This document shows positions 12,037 through 23,516 of a DNA stretch of 64,000 nt, piece after piece (the stretch's first letter is position 1; each line of letters opens with the position of its first letter). This DNA comes from Squalus acanthias (Eukaryota). The position numbers were made by a program, and so were the translations under genes. The DNA lies in NCBI GenBank assembly GCA_030390025.1, contig CM059433.1, forward strand, positions 11,348,001 to 11,412,000. The letters are read 5' to 3'. The notes beneath the pieces are model-generated. The model was not told where the DNA came from and made no database searches. It worked only from the letters and a program-made list of their open reading frames with translations.

Positions 12037-12934
12037 GTGAGTGCCACAGCCAATGCAACAAAGAAACAGAGAAATAACATGCATTAAAATTATGGTCATA
12101 ATGATCAAATGGATTTCACAGCTTCTCCCCTGACAGAACCTCTGACCAGTGACTGAAGTATCATCTTTAAAATGATCCTAAGCATTATCCTAAGATAATC
12201 TGCATTTTATTCTCCTTCTAGTTCATGTTCTCCATTGCAATTTTTCTTATCTTTTTTTATTTTACTCAGACTGTTATAGTCAGTGCTGCTCTAAATTTGC
12301 CTCTCTTGTTCCTCCTAAGCTCTTAATGTACCATCCTACCACGCGCTCTCTCCTTCCTGCATCCTCACTGTGTTCCAACCTAGCCTCACTGCCCCATCTT
12401 CAACTTAAAAAGTATTTTTCAAAGCTGTGGAACTCCCGACCCCCCTCCGTCTTCTCTTCATCCACAGTCTACGGAGTTTAAAATCCAAAACTTGGCATCA
12501 GCTAATAACCATACTCCTCTCCTGTGCCTAGAAATTGCGGTAGAGCAATACTGGAGAGCAGCAGGGTATTTGCTTACCGCCCATTTCAACATGTTTGTCC
12601 AACAGCAGCAGCATAAAAGGACAACATGATTCAATAGAACTGCTGGTTTCCCAGAGGGTCATTGACTGTGGCTATGTTACCATTACAGGCCCCTATGCGT
12701 GACACTGTCCTCAAAGGGAATTTTTAAAATCTCATTGTGGACACGGTATGCTACCGCCAGCACAGAATGATGCAGGCCAATGCCTTGTTCCCAGAAGGCT
12801 CTCATGTTGCCTTCATTTTAATACAATTAACTTTGCTACTCTCGTTTGAAGAGGAACGAAGAACAAAAAGGGCATTGAATGAGGAAAACTAAAAGGGAAA
12901 TACAGTGAAAAAATGTTTTGTAATTCAAAGAGAA

Positions 12935-13295
12935 ATGAATTCGAAATTATGAGAGGTTACGATTAAGTAAATTGGGGGAAACTATTTCCACTCTTCGGTT
13001 AGTCGTTAACTAGCGGAATTAAATGTCAGGTCATTGCCAAAAGAGCAAAGGGAGGGGTTAGGAGAAATATTAGTGCTGAGAGAGTTCTTAGGAGATGGAA
13101 TGTTCTACCAGCAGCAGCGTTGGAAACAGAAGCTGTAACAGCTTTTAAAAGGGAAGTGGATAAATGTTTGAAAAAGAACATTTTAAAAGGGTATGGGTAA
13201 CGGCAAGGGAATGGCCCCTAGTGGATCGCTCGGTCAGAGAGCCAGCACAGGCGCAATGGGCCAAAGGACCTACCTCTGCGCTGCAAGGCTCTATG
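12935..13295 (+). mobile_element. Degenerate CR1 3' fragment
   Basis: Remnants of KIMRG.D, FKREVDK and the CR1 tail. Confidence 0.65.
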
Positions 13296-13542
13296 GCACA
13301 GATATTTGTCTTCAGCGTTGGACGTTATATATCGGCTGAGTGGAGCGCAGAAGCAAAAATCTGCTGGGGAGGATTGCACTCCCCTCACATAACATGCTGG
13401 ATTTTCCTTCCAGTCATTTCAAGGGAAGAAAAATCAGCGGGTTCCTCCCCATCAAATTTCCTTTTCTGCATTCTGCCCAGGTAATGTTTGACGCCCAGGC
13501 CACAAAGACAAGTACTTATCCCTATGATTCTATAATTCTCGG

Positions 13543-13858
13543 ATCATAGGATCATACAGCACAGAAGGAGGCCATTCAACCCATCGTGCCTGTGCCGGCT
13601 CTTTATAAGAGCTATCCAATTAGTCCCACTCCCCTGCTCTTTCCCCATAGCCCTGCATTTTTTTCCTTGTCAAGTATATAGCCAATTCCCTTTTGAAAGT
13701 TACTGTTGAATCTGCTTCCTTTCAGGCCGCGCATTCCAGATCATAACAACTCGTTGCATAAAAGAAATTCTCCTCATCTCCCCTCTGGTTCTTTTGCCAA
13801 TTATCTTAAATCTGTGTCCTCTGGTTACCGACCCTCCTGCCAGTGGAAACCATTTCTC
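13543..13858 (-). mobile_element. CR1-type 3' fragment
   Basis: atcataggatcatacagcacagaaggaggccattc tail. Confidence 0.75.
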
Positions 13859-14904
13859 TGGAAAAATATGTTGAGAAATAATTGCTAACTACCCAAACGT
13901 TCTATGGCTAGCTTGTATGTAATAAAAGAAACAATTTCAAAGGTATAATTCATGAGTTTAGATAACAACTATAGCTGCTAACCGGCTAAGCTTCATTCGT
14001 GCTGTTGTGATGTCAACTGATGTCCTTGATAAGATTCCTGCCTCCTAATTACTTGTTATATTCATTATTTTCTCTATATCTATTAGTCATTGATTTTCTG
14101 GTCATCCATCGCAAAATAAACTTGCAGTAATGATGTCCCAGTCATTAATATTTCAGTATGAACATTATCACATCAAGGGCATCGCACAACCACAGTCTGC
14201 TGTTGACACACAATGAATTCAAACTGGAATAGCAGCCCACCAACATCAAATTAAAATAAATAAGCAATTAAAAAAAATAAAATTATTCCTATAACTTAAT
14301 GTCCAGATTCAGAATATAACCTGTCGAAACATCACTCTTGTGGGTTATGACTTTCTGGTAACTGTTTGTTTAGCATAGGCTCTTTTGCTGAGAAAGGTTA
14401 TTGATCCTAGATTTTGAGTGGAGACCTGCACAGAAAGAAGGAATGCACAAACAGCTCTTTTACTCTGAAGCAACTTTATCTGTAATATTAGCTTTTAGCC
14501 ATTTGGCAGGAATGTTCTCCGACAGCGACAGACCTATCTAAACAAAAGTGATAAGGCTGAACCACAAACATGCTTTGTCATATAATGTCACTGGCTTCCA
14601 TCTAATCGCTTACCAGAAAAATGAATAGGTGTCATTCCCAACAGAAAAGAATATAGATATGAAAAGAAAAATCAATATATTAAATCTAAGACGTTTTCAG
14701 GTGGCCTCACTGACACTGTTTGATCACCGAAAGAAAGACTGTCAGCAAAAAAAAAACGTGGCTTGCAATATTTTGACAATATTAAACGTAGAGTAATGGA
14801 TGGTGAGGTTGAGCTATAGCTGTGCATAGAGTCCCTGATTAGCTTGGGAGCGATACTTGGGCAAGTGAGAATGCCTTAGGTAACACAGGCAAACTCAGCA
14901 GATT

Positions 14905-17060
14905 TTTTTTGATTTTTTTATTTATTCTCGGGTTGTGGGCGTCCCTGGCAAGGCCAGCATTTATTGCTCATCCCTAGTTGCCCTGAGAAGGTGGTGGTGA
15001 GCCGCTTTCTTGAACCGCGGCAGTCCATGTGGTGAAGGTACACCCACAGTGCTGTTAGGGAGGGAGTTCCAGGATTTTGACCCAGCGACGATGAAGGAAC
15101 GGCCGATATATTTCCAAGTCAGGATGGTGTGTGACTTGGAGGGGAACTTGGAGGTGGTGGTGTTCCCATGAACCTGCTGCCCTTGTCCTTCTAGGTGGTG
15201 GAGGTTGTGGGTTTGGGAAGTGCTGCCAAAGAAGCCTTGCTGACTTATTTGGTGACTAAGTGACTTACTTATTTAAACTAGTGGATGGGGTGCCGATCAA
15301 GTGGATAGCTTTGTCCTGTATAAGAACATAAGAACATAAGAAATAGGAGCAGGAATAGGCCACTTGGCCCCTCGAGCCTGCTCCGCCATTCAATAAGATC
15401 ATGGCTGATCTTGGGCTCAAAGCCACTTCCCCGCCCGCTCCCCATAACCCTTCACTCCCTTATCTTGCAAAAATGTGTCTATCTCCACCTTAAATGTATT
15501 TAATGACCCAGCCTCCACAGCTCTCTGGGGCAGAGAATTCCACAGATTTACGACCCTCTGAGAGAAGAAATTCCTCCTCATCTCAGTTCTAAAAAGGCGA
15601 CTCTTTATTCTAAAACTGTGCCCCCGCGTTCTAGATTTCCCCACGAGGGGAAACATCCTCTCTGCATCTACCTTGTCGAACCCCCTCAGTATCTTATATG
15701 TTTCAATAAGATCACCTCTCATTCTTCTAAATTCCAATGAGTATAGGCCCAGCCTGCTCAACCTTTCCTCATAAGTCAACCCCCTCATCTCTGGAATTAA
15801 CCTAGTGAATCGTCTCTGAACTGCCTCCAATGCAAGTATATCCTTCCTTAAATAAGGAGACCAAAACTGTACGCAGTACTCAAGGTGTGGTCTCACCAAT
15901 ACCTTGTACAGTTGTAGCAGGACTTCCCTGCTTTTTAACTCCAACCCCTTTGAAATAAAGGCCAACATTCCATTTGCCTTTTTGATTACTGCTGTACCTG
16001 CATGCTAACTTTTTGTGTTTCATGCACAAGGACCCCCAGGTCCCTCTGAACTGTAGCATTTTGTAATCTCTCTCCATTTAAATAATAATTTGCTTTTTTA
16101 TTATTCCTGCCAAAGTGTATAACCTCGCACTTTTCCACGTTATACTCCATCTGCCAAATGTTTGCCCACTCACTTAGCCTGTCTATATCCCTTTGCAGGT
16201 TCTTTGAGTCCTCTGCACAACTTGCTTTCCCACCCATCTTTGTATCATCCGCAAACTTGGCTACATTACACTCGGTCCCTTCATCCAAGTCATTAATGTA
16301 GATTGTAAATAGTTGAGGCCCCAGCACCGATCCCTGTGGCACCCCACTAGTTATCGTTTGCCAACCGGAAAATAACCCATTTATCCCGACTGCTTTCTGT
16401 TAGTTAGCCAATTCTCTATCCATGCTAATATATTACCCCCAATTCCGTGAGCTCTTATCTTATGCAGTAATCTTTTATGTGGCACCTTATCGAATGCCTT
16501 CTGGAAATCCAAATACACCACATCCACTGGCTCACCTTTGTCCACCCTGCTCGTTACCTCCTCAAAGAACTCCAGCAAGTTTGTTAAACATGATTTCCCT
16601 TTCATAAAACCATGCTGACTCTGCTTGACTGCATTATAATTTTCCAAATGCCCTGCTACTGCTTCCTTAATGAAGGACTCCAGCATTTCCCAACGACAGA
16701 TGTTAGGCTAACTGGTCCATAGTTTCCTGCTTTCTGTCTCCCACCTTTCTTAAATAGGGGTGTTACATTTGCGGTTTTCCAATCCGCTGGGACCTCTCCA
16801 GAGTCCTGGGAATTTTGGTATATTGCAACCAATGTCGAGCTTCTTGATTGTTGTTGGAGCTGCACCCATCCAGCAAGTGGAAAGTATTCCATCAGACTCC
16901 TGACTTGTGCCTTTTAGGTGGTGGAGAGGCTTTGGAAAGTCAGGAGGTGAGCCATTAGCCGCAGAATACCCAGCCTCAGACCTGCTCTTGTAGCCGCAGT
17001 GTTTATGTGGCTGGTCCAGTTGAGTTTCTGGCGACCCCCAGGATGGTGATGGTGGGGGAT
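14905..17060 (-). mobile_element. Non-LTR retrotransposon (YSPLAWMSAA family, CR1/L2/Jockey group) split by a nested CR1
   Basis: 14905-15318 and 16833-17060 are collinear with the copy at 58763-59485 (ctttgtcctg | tgtcgagcttc junction). Confidence 0.8.
15321..16832 (-). mobile_element. CR1 LINE, 1.5-kb 5'-truncated, nested
   Basis: ORFs with [54 protein letters not shown]. Confidence 0.95.
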
Positions 17061-17999
17061 TCTGGAGTCTATAGCCGTCATTTACAGTAATATTAGGGAA
17101 GCTTTTTCTTCAGCGCAGGCATAAACAGAGCATGTGATAGTTTCATTGGAATTTGCACCAGTTTCCCACCTCAGAAGCTGCCCAGGGCCAGTCAGTGACC
17201 CCCCCCCCACCTCCACTGAAGTACAAACTGTCGCCCTAATGGTATTAGGGACAGATTGCACAGCACCCTTCACCTGGCTTTCAGATACTTGGGGATAGGA
17301 TATCGGCAGCTATCTTCCGGGACTTTCAGGATCCAATAAGAGCCATTAGGCCAGTTAGCCTGCTGATCAGTGGACGCAAATCCAGGGCCCATTGCAGAGG
17401 TGATGGCTGGTGGTGATTTTCATGGACAGCAGCACATGGCTTTGCACCTCAGAGCACCATACAAGTGGCACATAGGAGGTGACATCAGGCTACCCAGGCA
17501 CAAGCTCCAGAGATGCAGCCAGCAGCAGCTCCTTCCCAGCACTAAACTACCTCGAGTCAGCTCCATGAGCCAGTCCCAATCAGTCCATTTGTGTCACAGG
17601 AGCATCCAACCACATCTCATGATACCAGCTCTCAGTTGCACCTAGGAGAAGCAGTAGAATAGGAGAAAGAAAGGCACATTTAGACACCCAGGGGAGGCAC
17701 AGTTTGAGGAGAGAGTAGGTTGGCTTGTGTTCACTTTTGAGTTGCTTGTACTAAAAAAGACTGTGCACTTATTTTGTTCTCAGCAATTTATGCAGATTAT
17801 AGTCCTATCTAGACTTGCAGGTCTATGCAAGAGGCCTGATGTGACTTGATGATATAGGATGGATGTTGGGTTGAAGAATTCGTAATTTATATAAAGATGG
17901 GGGATAAAGAGCAATGATAAAGAGAGACTGTTAAATAGATGAGAACACTTCGTTGATAAAGCTCTGCTGTCCCTTGAAGCCCTCAATAAGGAGTCCTCC

Positions 18000-19520
18000 A
18001 AGTGATGGTCCTCCTATTGCTCTATTCCACTTTCTTCTGCCTCCAAAGCATCTCGGGCCACCTCCCAGGAATCTCCATATTCAGGCCTTTTTGGATGGTG
18101 AAGCTGTGCAGAATTCTGGAGGGTACATCTTCTGGAGCATATTGCAGAGGCTCTCCATCTACTAAGGCCACAAGAAGTGCCTCTTCGGGATACTTATGAT
18201 CATTCAGTGGCATGTGACTGTTTGTAGCTTTCCTCGGCTGCTGTTCTTGCAATCTCAATGGGTTTGTTATCCATGGCGGCATGGGAATATGCCTCGTCAC
18301 CCAATCGCCATCCATGCACTTGAATATCTCTCTTAAGAGCTCAGGAAGGGCAGAATTCCTGAGGATGAATGAATCATGACACTTACCAGCAAATCTGGCA
18401 ACAACATCAACAACTGGCATTTATATAGCACTATAACATTACATCATTACATAAATTTAAAACAGAAATAGACAGTTTCCTAGAAGTAAAGGGAATTAAG
18501 GGTAACGGGGAGCGGGCAGGAATTTGGACATGAGTCTAGGTTCGGATCGGTCATGGCCCTGTGGGTAGCGTAGCGGGCCCAGGGGCCGTGTAGCCTGATC
18601 CTGCTCCTATTTCGTGTGTCCAATTCTGTTAGGTTCAGGAGATGGTTCTGTGATAGTAGATTGGCGGTTAGGATCAGATCAGCCATGATCTTATTGAATG
18701 GCGGAGCAGGCTCGAGGGGCCAATTGGCCCACTCCTGCTCCTAATTCTTATGTTCTTATGTTCTTATGTTCTTATGTAAAAGGTCCCAAGGCGCTTCACA
18801 GGAGGGTTGTCAGACAAAATTTGACACCACAACAAGAACAATAGTAACTTGCACCCGGAGCATCTTAAAGGAGGAGAGAGAGGTAGAGAGGTGGAGAGGT
18901 TCGGGGAGGGAATTCCAGAGCTTAGGGCCCAGACAGCTGAAGGCACGGCCGCCAATGGAAGAGCGAATGAAAATCGGGGACGCAGTCACGTGAAGAATTC
19001 TTGCACCTAGTCGGACATAATCAGGACTTCCAGGAAGTGGTGCCCTGTTCTATTAAGAAAGCTGAGTGGGTTTACTGCCAGGATTGCAATGCTCCGTGGT
19101 GTCATCTGTTGCACCTTGCGCTTTGTGGAACCCAGCAATGCTGTCACGCCAAACTGGACGAATTCCACAGCTCTTCTAAAATGTGTGAGCGAACTGACTA
19201 GTGCATGCCTGGATAGCACCCTGGATGATATTACACAGATTTCCCCCCCTTGGATGCTTCAAATGGGGCTGTGGCAAACAAATTGAGTCCATTTATCGCT
19301 TTCCCAGCCATAGGCAGAACTGGTGATCGTGGCCACGAGTCTTTAGACTTGCTGAAACACACTCTTCTCATGCAGAGCTCTCAGTGACATCTTCAAAGGA
19401 TCTCCACCTTTTGTGTAGGGCGGGGAGGGGTGGTAATAACTTGTAGGGCGCCTCCTCTTCAAATGGAGCCTCACTCTCCTTTCCTCCTCCTCCATTAAAA
19501 TTACAAGCAGAGGAATGTCT
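18000..19520 (-). pseudogene. Old, degenerate Harbinger (HARBI1-like) transposase interrupted by CR1/L2 inserts
   Basis: VARFAGKCHDSFILRNSALP (18022-18420), FLNRTGHHFLEVLIMSD (similar to [11 protein letters not shown]), LPMAGKAINGLNLFATAPF (similar to [16 protein letters not shown]). Confidence 0.75.
18450..18975. mobile_element. Cluster of CR1 3' tails (+) and an L2 3' fragment (-)
   Basis: (ttcttatg)n tails; gaggagagagaggtagagagg...gggaattccagagcttagggcc L2 motif. Confidence 0.75.
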
Positions 19521-19931
19521 GACATGAATCTGTCATTCATGAAAGAAAGACTTATGAAATAATACTGAGTGGCCTGCGGGTGGCGCTGTCCAGGGAGAGT
19601 ATAAATACTCGGGCACAGGCACAGCTTGCGCAGGACATTCTTAACAGGAACTAGTGAAGGACACAACTAGATCTCCAGGTTGTAAAACAGTTGATTGAAG
19701 CTGTGTTTAACGCTTAGACCAAGTGCCTAGTAGTTTTCTTACGTCAATGTCTAGTGGGAATCCTATATCTGGTACTCAGAACGTCTTACGGTGGTGAGGG
19801 GCAAAGATTTACTACTGGTCTCAGAGGTCCTCAGGCTGTCTGAGGCACGTCCAGCACTATCCAACCTCAAAGCGAACAACAACAAAAATTTAAGAGCTCT
19901 TCTGTTGCTGTACCAAACTCTATTGAATGTT

Positions 19932-20028
19932 CTGACGAAAGCTCATCGACCTGAAACGTTAACTCTGTTTCTCTCTTCACAGATGCTGTCTGACCTGCTG
20001 AGTATCTCCAGCGTTTTCTGTTTTTATT
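19932..20028 (+). mobile_element. 97-bp Penelope-derived insert with hammerhead motif and 13-bp TSD
   Basis: TCTATTGAATGTT at 19919-19931 and 20029-20041. Insert begins CTGACGA-AAGCTC-ATC-GACCT-GAAAC-GTT-AACT. Confidence 0.75.
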
Positions 20029-20226
20029 TCTATTGAATGTTTCTTTAGCCTGCAGGCTCCAAAATAAGTCACTTCTGGCAGTCTCAGCTGACAATGACAA
20101 CAGAAACGCCTCTTTTATTTAATTCTAAGTTACTCTTGGCGCATTGAAGGCACAAGTTACTGATTTGGGGAAGTTCAACACTGGTCACTTTCGTTAATAT
20201 ATCTTTAAATGATCCTCCAGCAGCAT

Positions 20227-20506
20227 GGTGTCAGCTATGGTTTAGTGGTAGTCAATCTCATCAGAAGGTTGTGGGTTCAAGTCCCACTCCGGAAGATTTG
20301 AACACATAATCCAGTCTGACACTGCAGTGCAGTGCTGAGGGAGTGCTGCTCTGTGGGAGTTGCCATCTTTTCGATGAGACGAGGCCCTCTCAAGCAGTCA
20401 TGAAAGATGCCATGGCACTGTTTCGAAGAAGAGCAGGGGAGTTCCCACATTATCGCATTGCTGTTTGTGGGAGCTTGCTGTGCGCAAATTGGCTGCCGCG
20501 TTTCCT
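20227..20506 (+). mobile_element. Deu-SINE, internally deleted
   Basis: gggttcaagtcccactcc B-box-like motif and Deu core remnants. Confidence 0.75.
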
Positions 20507-20927
20507 AAAAGAAAGACTTGCATTTATATAGTGCCTTTCACGACCACCGGACGTCTCAAAGCACTTTACAGCCAATGAAGTGGAGTCACTGTTGTAACGT
20601 GGGAAACACAGCAGCCAATTTGCGCACAGCAAGCTCCCACAAACAGCAATGTGGTAATGATCAGATAATCTGTTTTTGTTATGTTGGTTGAGGGATAAAT
20701 ATTGGTCAGGACACCGGGGATAACTCCCCTGCTCTTCTTCAAAATAGTGCCATGGGATCTTTTACGTCCACCTGAGAGAGCAGACGGGGCCTTGGTTTAA
20801 CATCCCATCCGAAAGACGCTGCACTGGGAGTGTCAGCCTAGCTTTATGTGCTCAGGTCCCTGGAGTGGGACTTGAACCCACAACCTTCTGACTCAGGGGC
20901 GAGTGTGCTACCAACTAAGCCACAGCT
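20507..20927 (-). mobile_element. Deu-SINE, near full length
   Basis: aaagacttgcatttatatag tail through to gtgctaccaactaagccacagc head. Confidence 0.85.
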
Positions 20928-21319
20928 TACACGTAAATTACATCAGTGACCGCACTTCGAAAAAGTACTGCCTTAGCTGTAAAACACTTTTGGGTGTCCT
21001 GAGGACGTGCAGGGCATTGTATAAATGCAAGTCTTTCTTTCATTGGCACGCAGATCGCAGGAAGCCCCGGACAGCAATAGAAACTAGACGCATAGAAAGC
21101 CAGTGGAAATGGCAACCCCCCCCAAAATTTGCAAGCCTCAAAGAAGAAAATTGCCATCGCAGTGCTGGAAATGGCGTGAAATTTCAGGGCCAGGATCTTT
21201 ACGATCGACCTACTGCAGCGGTCAAAAGAAATTTTAAACCTTCCAAAATCCAGTGACTGTTACTATAGTGGGCACAATACAGGTGGACAGGAACTTTCTA
21301 GTCGTCATAGCTACAATTC

Positions 21320-22302
21320 TCTCTTCTCTTAGGCAGTCGCTCGGAACTGAGGATGACTTACTTCCACATTAAAAATGAGTTCTCAGGTGACTGATGAGTC
21401 CAATGCGGGACCTACAGTCTCTGTCACAGGTGGGGCAGACGGTGGTTGAAGGGGCGGGTGGGTGGGGTGCTTGGGTTGACGTGCGCTCCTTGCGCTGCCT
21501 GCGCTTGGCTTCCGCTTGCTCCCGGCGAAGAGACTCAACGTGTTCGGCGCCTTCCCGGATGCTTCTCCTCCACTTTGTGCAGTCTTGGGCCAGGGATTCC
21601 CAGGTGTCGGTGGGGATGTTGCACTTTTTCAAGGAGGCTTTGAGGGTGTCCTTGAAGCGTTTCCTCTGCCCACCTGGGGCTCTCTTGCCGTGCCGGAGCT
21701 CCGAGTAGAGCGCTTGTTTTGGGAGTCTCGTATCGGGCATGCGGACAAAGTGACCCGCCCATCGGAGCTGATCGAGCGTGGTCAAAGCTTCGATGCTGGG
21801 GATGTTGGCCTGAGCAAGAACACTGACGTTGGTGCGCCTATCCTGCCAATGGATTTGCAGGATCTTGCGGAGGCAGCGTTGGTGGTACCTCTCCAGTGCT
21901 TTGAGGTGCCTGCTTTACATGGTCCATGTCTCTGAGGCATACAGCAGGGCGGGTATCACTGCTGCTTTGTAGACCATGAGCTTGGTGCCGGGTTTGAGGT
22001 CCTGGTCTTCAAACACTCTCTTCCTCAGGCGACCGAAGGCTGCACTGGCACACTGAAGGTGGTGTTGGACTTCGTCGTCGACGTCTGCTCTTGTTGACAG
22101 TAGGTTTCCGAGGTATGGAAAGTGGTCCACGTTGTCCAAGGCCTTGTCGTGGATTTTGATAATCGGGGGGCAGTACTGTGTGGCGGGGGCAGGTTGGTAG
22201 AGGACCTTTGTCTTACGGATGTTTAGTGTAAGGCCCATGCTCTCGTACCCTTCGGTGAAGGTGTTGACGATGGTTTGGAGTTCGACCTCCGAGTGAGCGC
22301 AC
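21320..22302 (-). mobile_element. RTE (BovB-like) LINE 3' fragment
   Basis: GLTLNIRKTKV, FPYLG, LLYASETWT, QLRWAGH, C-terminal CPTCDRDCRSRIGLISHLRTH. Confidence 0.9.
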
Positions 22303-22519
22303 ACAATTACATAAACATATTTGCACGAGTTACGTGCGAGTGTAGCTCCAACTTCAGCACCAGTGGTCTCATGTAAATGAGATGGCGATGCTGCTGCAGG
22401 ACATGCTGAGGCCCACTTAAAACAGAAAGGCTCAGGGGTCCGTCAATGGCTTCAGCTGGTTAACTCAGTCAGTAGCTGAAGTCACTGGTTTTATCTATGG
22501 CCTGTGCTGAGTTATCTGA

Positions 22520-23045
22520 TCTTTTTCTTTTTATTCGTTCATGGGATGTGGGCGTCGCTGGCAAGGCCAGCATTTATTGCCCATTCCTAATCGCCCTTGA
22601 GAAGGTGGCGGTGAGTCGCCTTCTTGAACCGCTGCAGTCCGTGTGGTGAAGGTACTCCCACAGTGCTGTTAGGGAGGGAGTTCCAGGATTTTGACCCAGC
22701 GACGATATACTTCCAAGTCAGGATGATGTGTGATTTGGAGGGGAACTTGGAGGTGGTGGTGTTCCCATGCGCCTGCTGCCCTTGTCCTTCTAGGTGGAAG
22801 AGGTCGTGGGTTTGGGGGGTGCTGCCGAAGAAGCCTTGGCGCGTTGCTGTAGTGCATCTTGTAGAGGGTACACTCTGCAGCCATGGTACGCCGGTGGTGG
22901 AGGGAGTGAATGTTTAAGGTGGTGGATGGGGTGCTAATCAAGTGGGCTGCTTTGTCCTGGATGGTGTCGAGCTTCTTGAGTGTTGCTGGAGCTGCACTCA
23001 TCCAGGCAAGTGGAGAGTATTCCATCACGCTCCTTACTTGTGCCT
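22520..23045 (-). mobile_element. Non-LTR retrotransposon 3' fragment (YSPLAWMSAA family)
   Basis: QVRSVMEYSPLAWMSAAPATLKKLDTIQDKAA; poly(A)-like end. Confidence 0.85.
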
Positions 23046-23396
23046 CATCCAGGTTGTTAATATGAGTGCCCCGCGGGGCGTTGGTTGGGGGTGGGGAATA
23101 TGTCAAGGAGAGTGGGGGTTGGGGAGGTTAGGAAGGACAAATACAACATATTTTAAGTAAATCACTTCTTTTGTGTATTAATCCTGAATATGTGCAACAT
23201 CATTGTTGCATATTGACACGCAGAAAACTCTCAGGCCGGAATTTTTACCTTTGTGTCAGGTCGGGTGCGTGTGGGCCGCATAGCGGGCCGGGAAAGCGAA
23301 GTTCTGAGCAGTGCGTTGCTCAGTGCGCCTTTAACTTAATGGCCCCAATTGAAAGACTCATACGCGTTTCCCGACCCTATTAAATGGTGCAGGTCT

Positions 23397-23438
23397 GATG
23401 ACGTCATCGATGACTCGTTTCCAGCACCGATATTTAAA
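23397..23438 (+). promoter_or_regulatory. Putative promoter of the transposon Myb/SANT gene (palindromic CRE plus TATTTAAA)
   Basis: GATGACGTCATC at 23397-23408 and TATTTAAA at 23431; conserved in copy B (39019-39059). Confidence 0.45.
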
Positions 23439-23516
23439 GCAGCCTTGCACTCAACTCATTTGAAGGTTGCTATAGGAGGGTGGAGCCTGACAAAGAAAGG
23501 CCACAGTACTCTTATA

